From the NCBI GenBank assembly GCA_964016885.1, contig OZ024743.1, positions 161,820,001-161,884,000 of the forward strand: a DNA stretch of 64,000 nucleotides, given 5' to 3'. Position 1 is the stretch's first letter; each line of letters opens with the position of its first letter. The DNA is from Eledone cirrhosa. Its lineage: Eukaryota. Below are positions 53,911 through 64,000 of this stretch, one piece after another. The notes under the pieces are model-generated. The model was not told the origin of the DNA, searched no databases, and worked only from the letters and a program-made list of their open reading frames with translations. The position numbers and the translations under genes were made by a program.

Positions 53911-54843
53911 TCATCATCATCATCAACGTTTAACGTCCGTGTTCCACGCTTGCATGGGTTTGGACGGGGGTAGTCCCACTTGAGGCAAGAGTGATTGTCT
54001 TGCTCGCATAGGACTGTCTGGCAGGTTTTCTACAGTTGGATGCCCTTCCTAACACCAACCACATTTACAGTGTGGGTCTGGGAGGTTTTTACCGTGTTGC
54101 CTACACGGCCACATTACAGCGTGGACTGTGTGTTTTTTTGTCGTGACACCTACACGATCTCATTTGTTTCGGCCCGGATGGCGCGGCACCAACATAACTT
54201 TACATAGGACGGGGTGGTGTGGATGGGGTGGGGGTGGTGGTGGTGGGACGGGGTGTATTTTGTTAGAGATGCCTACTGGCAAGGCGGGTCTTCTCTGTTA
54301 CTGAGTACCGCCAAAGGTCTCGGTCCAGTGACATTGTCTTGGAGAGGTGTAAGTGTGTGAGGTCGGAGTTTATCAGCTCGTCCCAGGTTTTTCTAGGTCT
54401 GCCTATTCCGTGGCTACCGTCTATCTTTATTGCCCTGCACTTTGTTATACAGCTATCGACTTTCATGCGCATCACGTGTCCATACCAACGTAGCCTTCTC
54501 TCGAGTAAACAACATCTGATCCCTCTTATCTCTAATTTTTTCCTTAGTTCGTTTATGCTTTGCCGTTCACGTATATTACTGTTACACATCCAGCGGAGCA
54601 TGCAAGCTTCGTTCCTCTCTAGTCTGCGTATATCCTCTGCACACAATGCCCAGGTCTCACTGCCATGCAACATTGCTGTTCGTATGCAGGCATCGTACAA
54701 CCTGCCTTTCATTTTTAGGGAGAACCCTTTAGCAGCTAATAGTGGTATAAGCTCTCTGAACTTTTTCCAACCAGTTCTGACTCTAGCTACAGTACTTTCA
54801 GAGCACCCTCCCCCACTGCTGATTTTATCGCCCAGGTAACGGA
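53908..54843 (-). mobile_element. Young RTE LINE 3' portion, head-to-head with the 54864 copy
   Basis: Minus-strand ORF RYLGDKISSGGG...GRPRKTW, with the tail seen as (CAT)n on plus at 53908. Confidence 0.93.
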
Positions 54844-54863
54844 TATATATATATATATATATA

Positions 54864-56246
54864 ACAGTGGAGTTCACGACCGGCTGCCCATGGGAACTCC
54901 TATACGCAGATGATCTAACGCTCATAGCTGAATCAATGGCCGAACTAGAGAAGAAATTTCAAACATGGAAGCATGGCCTAGAATGAAAAGGTCTTAAAAT
55001 TAACCTGTCTAAGACTAAAGTTCTAGTTTGTAGGAAGGAAAATAGGGCGCCGGTCCCCTCCGGGAAATGGCAGTGCTCAGTGTGTAGGAAAGGAGTAGGT
55101 AGAAACTCCATTTTATGTCCCAAATGCAAAGTATGGGTGCATAAAAGATGTAGTGGGATCACAGGTAAGCTAACTAAGAACATAGATTTTATATGTGGCC
55201 GGTGCTCTGGTTCAATAAGTAGCAGCAAGTGCCCACAGAATACTAGCTCTTTCAATTGCACAGATAGTTCTATAGAAATAGTAGACAGCTTCCGTTACCT
55301 GGGTGACAAAATCAGCAGTGGGGGAGGATGCTCTGAGAGTACAGTAGCTAGAGTCAGAACTGGATGGAAAAAGTTCAGAGAGCTTATACCACTATTAGCC
55401 GCTAAAGGGTTCTCCCTAAAAATGAAAGGCAGGTTGTATGATGCCTGCATACGAACAGCAATGTTGCATGGCAGTGAGACCTGGGCATTGTGTGCAGAGG
55501 ATATACGCAGACTAGAGAGGAATGAAGTTTGCATGCTCCGCTGGATGTGTAATAGTAATATACGTGAACGGCAAAGCATAAACGAACTAAGGGAAAAATT
55601 AGAAATAAGAGGGATCAGATGTTGTTTACTCGAGAGAAGGCTACGTTGGTATGGTCACGTGATGCGCATGAAAGACGACAGCTGTATAAAAAAGTGCAGA
55701 GCAATAAAAATAGACAGTAGCCACGGAGTAGGCAGACCCAGAAAAACCTGGGACGACTTGATAAATTCCGACCTCACACACTTACACCTCTCCAAGACAA
55801 TCTCACTAGACCGAGATCTTTGGCGCTACACAGTAATAGAGAAGACCCGCCTTACCTAAATACAAAGTAAACCTACTACAGTCAGTAGGCACCTCTAACA
55901 AAATACACTCCCGTCCCACTACCCCCACCCCATCCACGCGACCCCTTTCAATGTAAAGTTATGTTGGTACCAACATCCAGGCCGAAACAAATGAGGTCGT
56001 GTAGGTGTCACGACAAAAAAACACACAGTCCACGCTGTAATGTGGCCGTGTATGTAACATGGTAAAAACCTCCCAGTTCCACACTGTAAATGTGGTTGGT
56101 GTTAGGAAGGGCATCCAGCTGTAGAAAACCCGCCAGACAGTCCTATGCGAGCAAGACAACCACTCTTGCCTCAAGTGGAAAAACTCCAGTCCAAACCCAT
56201 GCAAGCATGGAATATGGACGTTAAACGATGATGATGATGATGATGA
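54864..56246 (+). mobile_element. Young RTE LINE 3' portion (YADD to tail)
   Basis: CPWELLYADDL, then the 259-aa ORF with PHD-like finger, FRYLG, RLRWYGHV, GRPRKTW, a 3'UTR and (GAT)n. Confidence 0.93.
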
Positions 56247-56328
56247 AATATATATATATATATATAAATATATACATATATATATATAAATATATACATA
56301 TATATATATATGCACATATATATATATG

Positions 56329-56516
56329 CATCATCATCATCATCATCATCATCGTTTAACGTCCGTGTTCCATGCTTGCATGGGTTTGGATGGGAGTTTT
56401 CCCACTTGAGGCAAGAGTGGTTGTCTTGCTCGCATAGGACTGTCTGGCGGGTTTTCTACAGTTGGATGCCCTTCCTAACACCAACCACATTTACAGTGTG
56501 GACCACATTTACAGTG
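56329..56516 (-). mobile_element. Short RTE 3'-tail insertion; another at 57528-57688
   Basis: (CAT)n-CGTTTAACGTCCGTGTTCC...GATGCCCTTCCTAACACC. The 57528-57688 copy appears identical to 53908-54068. Confidence 0.85.
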
Positions 56517-56558
56517 TACATATATGCACATATATATATATATATATACATATATATA

Positions 56559-57437
56559 TCATCATTGCATTTTACATCCCTGCTTGCAAGGGTGGGACAG
56601 GAACTGATTCTGGCTTGATTTCTACAGCTGGATGCCCTTCCTAACACCAATTTCATTTATAGTGAGTGCTGGGTGTTTTTTTGCCATGGCACCTCCACGA
56701 CCACTTTGCAGTGGAATAATATAGACCCCCAGTCCCTATCATCTCATTTCTACAGCTGAGTAAACTGGAGCAATGTCAAATAAAGTGTCTTGCTCAAGGA
56801 AACAACACATCACCCGTCTGAGAATTGAACTGACAACCTTTTGATTGCAAGGCCAATGCTCTAACCACTAAGCCATGTGCCTCCATCATATATATATACA
56901 TACATATATATACATATATATATACACATATATACATATATGGATATACATATATATATATATGGATATACATATATATATATATATATATATATGGATA
57001 TACATATATATATATGCATATGCACATATATATATATGCATATACACATATATATATATATGCATATACATATATATATCTGCATATACATATATATATA
57101 TATATATATGGAGGCACATGGCCTTGCAATCGAAAGATTGTGAGTTCAATTCTCAGACCAGGTGATGTGTTGTTTCCTTGAGCAAGACACTTTATTTGAC
57201 ATTGCTCCAGTTTACTCAGCTGTAGAAATGAGATGATAGGGACTGAGGTCCATATTATTCCACTGCAAAGTGGTCGTGGAGGTCCCACAGTAAAAAAGCA
57301 CCCAGCACTCACTGTAAATGAGGTTGGTGTTAGGAAGGGCATCCAGCTGTAGAAATCAAGCCAGAATCAGTTCCCGTCTCACCCTTGCAAGCAGGGAAAA
57401 AGTGGACGTAAAATGAAATGATGAAAATGATGAAATG
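56559..57437. mobile_element. Head-to-head pair of SINE B copies (56559-56884 minus, 57109-57437 plus)
   Basis: Reverse-complement copies separated by a TA-rich tract. Confidence 0.85.
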
Positions 57438-57771
57438 ATATACATATATATATATATATGCATATACATATATATATATATATGCATATACATATATATA
57501 TATATATATATATGCATATACATATATCATCATCATCATCATCATCAACGTTTAACGTCCGTGTTCCACGCTTGCATGGGTTTGGACGGGGGTAGTCCCA
57601 CTTGAGGCAAGAGTGATTGTCTTGCTCGCATAGGACTGTCTGGCAGGTTTTCTACAGTTGGATGCCCTTCCTAACACCAACCACATTTATACATATATAT
57701 ATATGCATATATATATATATATATATATATGCATATACATATATATATATATACATATATATATATGAATA

Positions 57772-57805
<34 letters not shown>

Positions 57806-57807
57806 CA

Positions 57808-59194
57808 TATATAGAGATTACAATAATCAAAGTTCAATTTAAATCATTTATTTGCTTACAATTGTTTCCTCCAAACCGAGGTTTGGATTCTTCGGAGCAA
57901 CTATTTAGTGATCTATAACATACTTGACCTCCTTTTCAACACAAGAGACATATAAAAACATATGCATATATTGACCCACAGTGGGATGACATCCATCAAA
58001 ATGATAAAGCATGGCAATTTACATATAAAGGTTAAAAGATAAAAATAAAAATAAAAATAAAAATAAAAATAAAAATAAAAATAAAAATAAAAATAAAAAT
58101 GAAACATTGGCAGTTTATGCAGATAAAGCAAGAGGAAAGTTTAGAGTAGTCAGTGTATGAAACAATCTCACGTGTAGCATGCACGCGTGTCTTATTTATA
58201 CAGGATTAGAGTGCGGCAGATTGTTACTTGCAGGGTCAGGCAGTTGAAGCAGGCAATCGATATTATTATGTGGGCTGAATTGTTAAATCATTTTTTCGCA
58301 TACACCTGTATGATATACAATCCCGAATGTAGAGAAACACCAAAATATCAAAAATATCAAACATATTATAAAACATATTATAGCGTAGGCAAAACAATAA
58401 CTTGGTTATATGCTGAACCATCGTGGATTATATGATAGACCCGTGGTCTCTATATATTGCGTCTCATGGATTATGTGAGTGGTGGTGTGCGCGGGGGCAG
58501 TGGTACTGTTTTGCCTACGCTATAATATGTTTGATATTTTGGTGTTTCTCTACATTCGGGATTGTATATCATACAGGTGTATGCGAAAAAATGATTTAAC
58601 AATTCAGTCCACATAATAATATCGATTGCCTGCTTCAACTGCCTGACCCTGCAAGTAACAATCTGCCGCACTCTAATCCTGTATAAATAAGACACGCGTG
58701 CATGCTACACGTGAGATTGTTTCATACACTGACTACTATAAACTTTCCTCTTGCTTTATCTGCATAAACTGCCAATGTTTCAATTTTATTTTTATTTTTA
58801 TTTTTATTTTTATTTTTATTTTTATTTTTATTTTTATTTTTATTTTTATTTTTATTTTTATTTTTATTTTTATTTTTATTTTTATTTTTATTTTTATTTT
58901 TATTTTTATTTTTATTTTTATTTTTATTTTTATTTTTATTTTTATTTTTATTTTTATTTTTATCCTTTAACCTTTATATGTAAATTGCCATGCTATATCA
59001 TTTTGATGGATGTCATCCCACTGTGGGTCAATATATGCATATGTTTTTATATGTCTCTTGTGTTGAAAAGGAGGTCAAGTATGTTATAGATCACTAAATA
59101 GCTGCTCCGAAGAATCCAAACCTCGGTTTGGAGGAAACAATTGTAAGCAAATAAATGATTTAAACTGAACTTTGATTATTGTAATCTCTATATA
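57808..59194. repeat. 1.4-kb inverted repeat with internal (AAAAAT)n and a hammerhead-like motif in each arm
   Basis: Arms 57808-58396 and 58507-59194, 110-nt loop, ~165-bp tail on the right. Confidence 0.95.
59103..59149 (+). ncRNA. Minimal type I hammerhead-ribozyme-like motif; mirror copy at 57852-57900 (-)
   Basis: TGCT-CCGAAGA-A-TCCAAAC(CTCG)GTTTGGA-G-GAAAC-AATT-GTA-AGCA: stem I, core variant, stem II, palindromic stem III and GUA site. Confidence 0.65.
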
Positions 59195-59487
59195 ACTGCT
59201 CTGTAAAACAACCTATGTTATTACATTGAGCTATTTATCTTACTGGTAATAAGATAGTAATTAATGACTATCTTTCACTATTTAGGGTTTGTATAAAAAA
59301 TATATAACCATAAAAGGTTTTATTACATACATAACCATAAATAGTATCCTTAATACTATATACATATATATATATATACATATATATATATACATATATA
59401 TATATACATATATATATACATATATATATACACATATATATATACACAAATATATACACACATATATATAACCATATATATATACAC

Positions 59488-59518
<31 letters not shown>

Positions 59519-59539
59519 TATATTCATATATATATACAC

Positions 59540-59572
<33 letters not shown>

Positions 59573-59620
59573 CACATATATATATATACATATGTATATA
59601 TATATGTATATATATATGTA

Positions 59621-60230
59621 GGTCAGGTCACCAGTTGGTGCTACTGGTAACATGTATCCCAGTACAACCTGTCTCATGGTCGGGTCGTTGGCGACTAAAC
59701 TGGCAACCCCACCAAGGTTTCTTGGTGAGGAGGGTGACTTTGGACATCCTGCAGGACTAAAAACAAAACCTGTCAAAGGGCAAAGGAGCTCTTAAGAGTC
59801 AATGGCCATCCAAAATCACCGGGAGAGATGACCCCTTAGCCTTTGTCAAGGCAGAATTCTAGGAGAAGGAAAACTCTGATATAACACCTGCAACTCTGAT
59901 GGTATCCAATGATATTGACTTGTTCTTCTTTTTGGTAAATATCATCTTGGTTAAGAGAGTGGGACTGGCTTTGTGCAGTGCCTTTGCTCACTATAAAAGC
60001 TTCACGGCACAGGCATTGCTTTGTATCTGGAGATCTCTCTGCACTTGTCGTCACATGGTACCATGGGCCTAGCACTATGTGTCAATAATTGTCACAAGTG
60101 TAGTGTTTGTACCAGAGTTTTCAAGTCGCTGGCTGCACTAAAAAGTCACATTCGTTCAGCGCATCGGTATGAGTTCTCCTACATGGATATAAAGTAGTGG
60201 CCGTACTCGAAAACGAGTTGGCAGCCACCA
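59621..60230 (+). mobile_element. Non-autonomous bipartite RTE derivative (5'UTR fused to 3' end)
   Basis: 5' part TAAACTGGCAACCCCACC...CTAGGAGAAGGAAAACTCTGA. 3' part encodes the C2H2 finger CSVCTRVFKSLAALKSHIRSAH (60099-60164). Lies between TA tracts. Confidence 0.7.
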
Positions 60231-60242
60231 TATATATGTATA

Positions 60243-60284
<42 letters not shown>

Positions 60285-60285
<1 letters not shown>

Positions 60286-62746
60286 TAACTTCCAGAAACC
60301 TGCCAACCACCTAATAACCTACAAATCAGGTGAGCACATAAGCCAGATTGACTTCTTAATAGTTAGGCAGCGAGACAGGCAGATAATATCTAATACCATA
60401 ATACCAAGGCATACCCTGGGTAAAAATGTACCCCACAGCATAGGTATAGGTTAATCGTTAGTGATATCTCAGTAAGCAAGAGATGGAATGAGATATACAG
60501 GAAGGTGTGGAGATGAAAGGTCTGAAAGCTAAAAGACCTTTCACTAAAATACAAATTTAGGAAAGCCCTTCAAGATGTGTATGACGAAAAAGAAGACGAT
60601 TTAGAGATGTATGACATAGATAATAACTGGAATTTCTTATGTGACAACTTACTGCAGCCTACTGATGAAACTTGTGGCTGGAGCAGAGCTCCAACCAGAC
60701 AGAGAGTGACCTGGTCGTCGTGGAACAGCACAGTAGATAAGGCCATTAAAAACAAAAGACTAGCATGGAAGGCTTGGAAAAAGGGTGGGAGTAGGAAACG
60801 TTATACAGCCGCTAAGAGAGAAGCTAGATGTCAGGTGTACTTAGCACGCAGGGAGGCTGAGAGTAGGAGGTTTGCCAATGTTCTGCGACGGGAAGATCAG
60901 AGGCGTGCAGTGTTCCACATTGCAAGGCAGTGTGTCAATGCAAATCAGGATGTTGTTGGAGATAAATGTGTCCAGAATGATGCCGGTGTACTTAGTGTCA
61001 CGAATGATCAGAAAAAGGAGGCCTGTAAATGTCATTATGAGAGACTGATGAATGTGGAGAACGAATGGGAGAGAGAGAAATTACCCTCAGTAGAGCCGAC
61101 AGAGGGACCAGCTATTGAGATTGATGAATATAGGGTCCTAGAGGCGATTAAGGAAATGAAAAATGGTAAGGCTGCTGGACGATCGGGGATAGTTGCTGAG
61201 TTGCTGAAGGCATCAGGGGACGTTGGCACTAAACTGGTTGCACGCATCATCAATCAGGCTATATATGGTGGTGTCATACCCAAAGACTGGTGCAGCAGTA
61301 TTCTCATAAATTGCTACAGATGTAAAGGGGATGCTCTGGAGAGGAGCAATTATAGGGTTATAAAACTGATGGATCAGGTTATGAAAGTGGCAGAAAGGAT
61401 ATTAGCACAACTAATTAGAGAAAGGGTCAAACTAGATGAGATGCAGTTTGGTTTTGTGCCTGTACAACAGATGCCCTCTTCTTGGTGAGACAATTGCAAG
61501 AGAGGTTCTTAGAGAAAATTAAGCCACTATACTTAGCCTTTGTTGACCTAGAGAAGGCCTTTGATAGGGTAAACCAATCTGTCATCTGGTGGTCCCTAAG
61601 AAAACTAGGTGTTGAGGAATGGCTTGTGAGGACAGTGAAAACAGAGGTGCTGTCAGTAAAGTCAGGGTAGGAATGGAGTTTAGTGAGGAATTCCAGACAC
61701 AAGTAGGAGTACATCAAGGTTCGGTCTTCAGCCCACTCTTGTTCATTATAGTCCTCCAGCCATAACAGCGGAGTTTAAGACTGGCTGTCCATGGGAATTT
61801 CTCTATGCTGACGATCTGGTTCTTATAGCAGAATCAGTAGAGTATCTAGAGAATAAATTCTGGCGATGGAAACAGCAGTTGGAAGCAAGAGGCCTGAGAG
61901 TGAACATAGCTAAGACAAAAGTGTTGAGGACAAAACTCTGATTCCATCAGGGAAATGGCCATGTTCGATATGCAGAAAAGGAACTGGCATAAATTCTATA
62001 AAATGCACACAATGCAGATCTTGGGTACCCAAGAGATGTAGTGGGATAGCAGGCAAACTAACAGGTAGGGAGAAATACGTATGCAGTAGATGTACAGGGA
62101 AATTAGACAGTAGAAGTCGCATTGATAGACACATTTTTCAAATGCAAGCGGGTGGTATAGAAGTGGTGGATAGCTTCCGGTACCTAGGAGATCAGATTAG
62201 CATGGGAGGAGGGTGTTCCGAGGCCATAGTATCTTGAATAAGGACGGGTTGGAAGAAATTTAGGGAGCTGCTCCCTCTGCTGAGGAAGAAGGGTTTCTCC
62301 CTGCGTACAAAAGGCCGGTTATATGATGCCTGTGTGAGGAGCGCAATGCTGCATGGTAGTGAGACATGGGCAGTAACTGCAGAGGATATGCGACGGCTGG
62401 AGAGAAATGAGGCAAGCATGCTCCGTTGGATGTGCAATGTCAATGTGCGTGAACGACCCAGCATGAATGTGTTGAGAGAGAAACTGTGTCTGAAGGGATA
62501 GAATGTAGTCTGCGAGAGAGGAGACTGCGGTTGTATGGACATGTGATGCGCATGGTGGATGACCGAAATGTCAGTTGAAGGAAATGCCAGTTGAAAGAAG
62601 ACATGGTAGAGGTAGACCACGAAAAACATGGACGGAGGTGGTGAGAAGAGACCTCAGATCGCTGTAGATCATGATGGAGATGCTGTGCTGAATAAGACCT
62701 GTCCCGCCCTTGAAAGCAGGGAAAAGTGGACATAAAATGATGATGT
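60285..62746 (+). mobile_element. RTE-clade LINE, frameshifted, from endonuclease C-terminus to 3' tail
   Basis: ITYKSGEHISQIDFL, NYRVIKL, DLEKAFDRV, HQGSV, LYADDL, PHD-like Cys cluster, FRYLG, MLHGSETW, and a 3' GGACATAAAATGATGATG tail. Confidence 0.92.
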
Positions 62747-62747
62747 T

Positions 62748-62793
<46 letters not shown>

Positions 62794-63014
62794 GGATCTA
62801 TCGACTTTCGTCAAATCGGACCGAGGAAAAAATGTTTCTGTTGGTCTTTCCAGTTGCTAATACTATCTATCGGTCGCAAGTCCAGGTATAAGGAGCAACG
62901 TGAAATAAAGTGTCTTGCTCAAGGACATAACGCATCTCCTGGTCCAGGAATCAAACTCACAACTCAAGATTGTGAATCCAATTCTCTAACCACTGAGCCA
63001 CACACCTTCACGTG

Positions 63015-63017
63015 TAT

Positions 63018-63055
<38 letters not shown>

Positions 63056-63359
63056 TTACATATATATATACATACATATATATATATGCATACATATATA
63101 TACATATATATATACATATATATATACATATATATATATACATATATATATATACATATATATATATATACATATTCATATATATATATATACATATATA
63201 TATATACACATATATATATATACACATATATATATATACATATATATATATACATATATATATATATACATATATATATACATATATAAATATATATATA
63301 CATATATATATATACATATATATATATGTACATATATATATATATATATAGATATATAA

Positions 63360-63429
<70 letters not shown>

Positions 63430-63434
63430 ATATG

Positions 63435-63480
<46 letters not shown>

Positions 63481-63534
63481 CATATATATATATATATGTA
63501 TATATATATATGTATATATATATGTATATATATC

Positions 63535-63583
<49 letters not shown>

Positions 63584-63690
63584 GTACATATATATATATA
63601 TGTACATATATATATATATGTATATATATATATATGTACATATATATATATATGTACATATATATATATATGTACATATATATATATATG

Positions 63691-63767
<77 letters not shown>

Positions 63768-63783
63768 GTATATATATATGTAC

Positions 63784-63816
<33 letters not shown>

Positions 63817-63818
63817 CG

Positions 63819-63850
<32 letters not shown>

Positions 63851-63852
63851 CG

Positions 63853-63939
<87 letters not shown>

Positions 63940-63943
63940 GTAA

Positions 63944-63995
<52 letters not shown>

Positions 63996-64000
63996 GTACA
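63015..64000. repeat. Long TA-rich compound microsatellite; others at 53127-53410, 56887-57108, 59357-59618
   Basis: (TA)n interrupted by CA/TG. Confidence 0.98.

Noticed and set aside
58187-58695. Paired convergent ORFs MSYLYRIRVRQ...
   Set aside because: A by-product of the inverted repeat, with non-ATG starts and no recognisable motif.
59621-59715. HDV-like ribozyme at the 5' end of the bipartite RTE
   Set aside because: P2-, P3- and P4-like pairings are visible (CCAGT/ACTGG, ACC/GGT, TCG/CGA, CTAA) but no convincing P1. An Infernal or RNArobo search would be needed.
60090-60167. Host C2H2 zinc-finger gene
   Set aside because: A single finger inside a multicopy repeat with no exon context. 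It fits an RTE C-terminus.
62854-63979. YI-rich ORFs, also near 53.1, 56.9 and 59.3 kb
   Set aside because: Translations of TA repeats.

Overview
AT-rich, repeat-dense animal genomic DNA. It is most likely a coleoid cephalopod (octopus-like); this is inferred from an intron-containing tRNA-Lys(UUU), CORE-type tRNA-SINEs, abundant RTE LINEs and dense TA/CA microsatellites. Host content is sparse: one probable first coding exon of a PRKX/PKA-C3-like AGC kinase (37248-37374, minus strand) in a CpG-retaining promoter-like zone, a candidate non-coding exon on the plus strand (47499-47646) and one tRNA gene. The rest is mostly decayed RTE LINEs (one family with a PHD-type finger inside the RT), an R4/Dong-like RLE retrotransposon, non-autonomous bipartite RTE derivatives, two SINE families, a hAT transposase relic, hAT and piggyBac-type MITEs, and satellites. 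The most striking signal is at least eight unrelated fold-back inserts (arms about 18-600 bp) in or beside (TA)n tracts. Most have a one-sided tail, and several carry minimal hammerhead-ribozyme-like motifs that read outward from the hairpin centre. I interpret them as Penelope-like pLTR or retrozyme-type insertions. All calls were made by eye, with no database searches.
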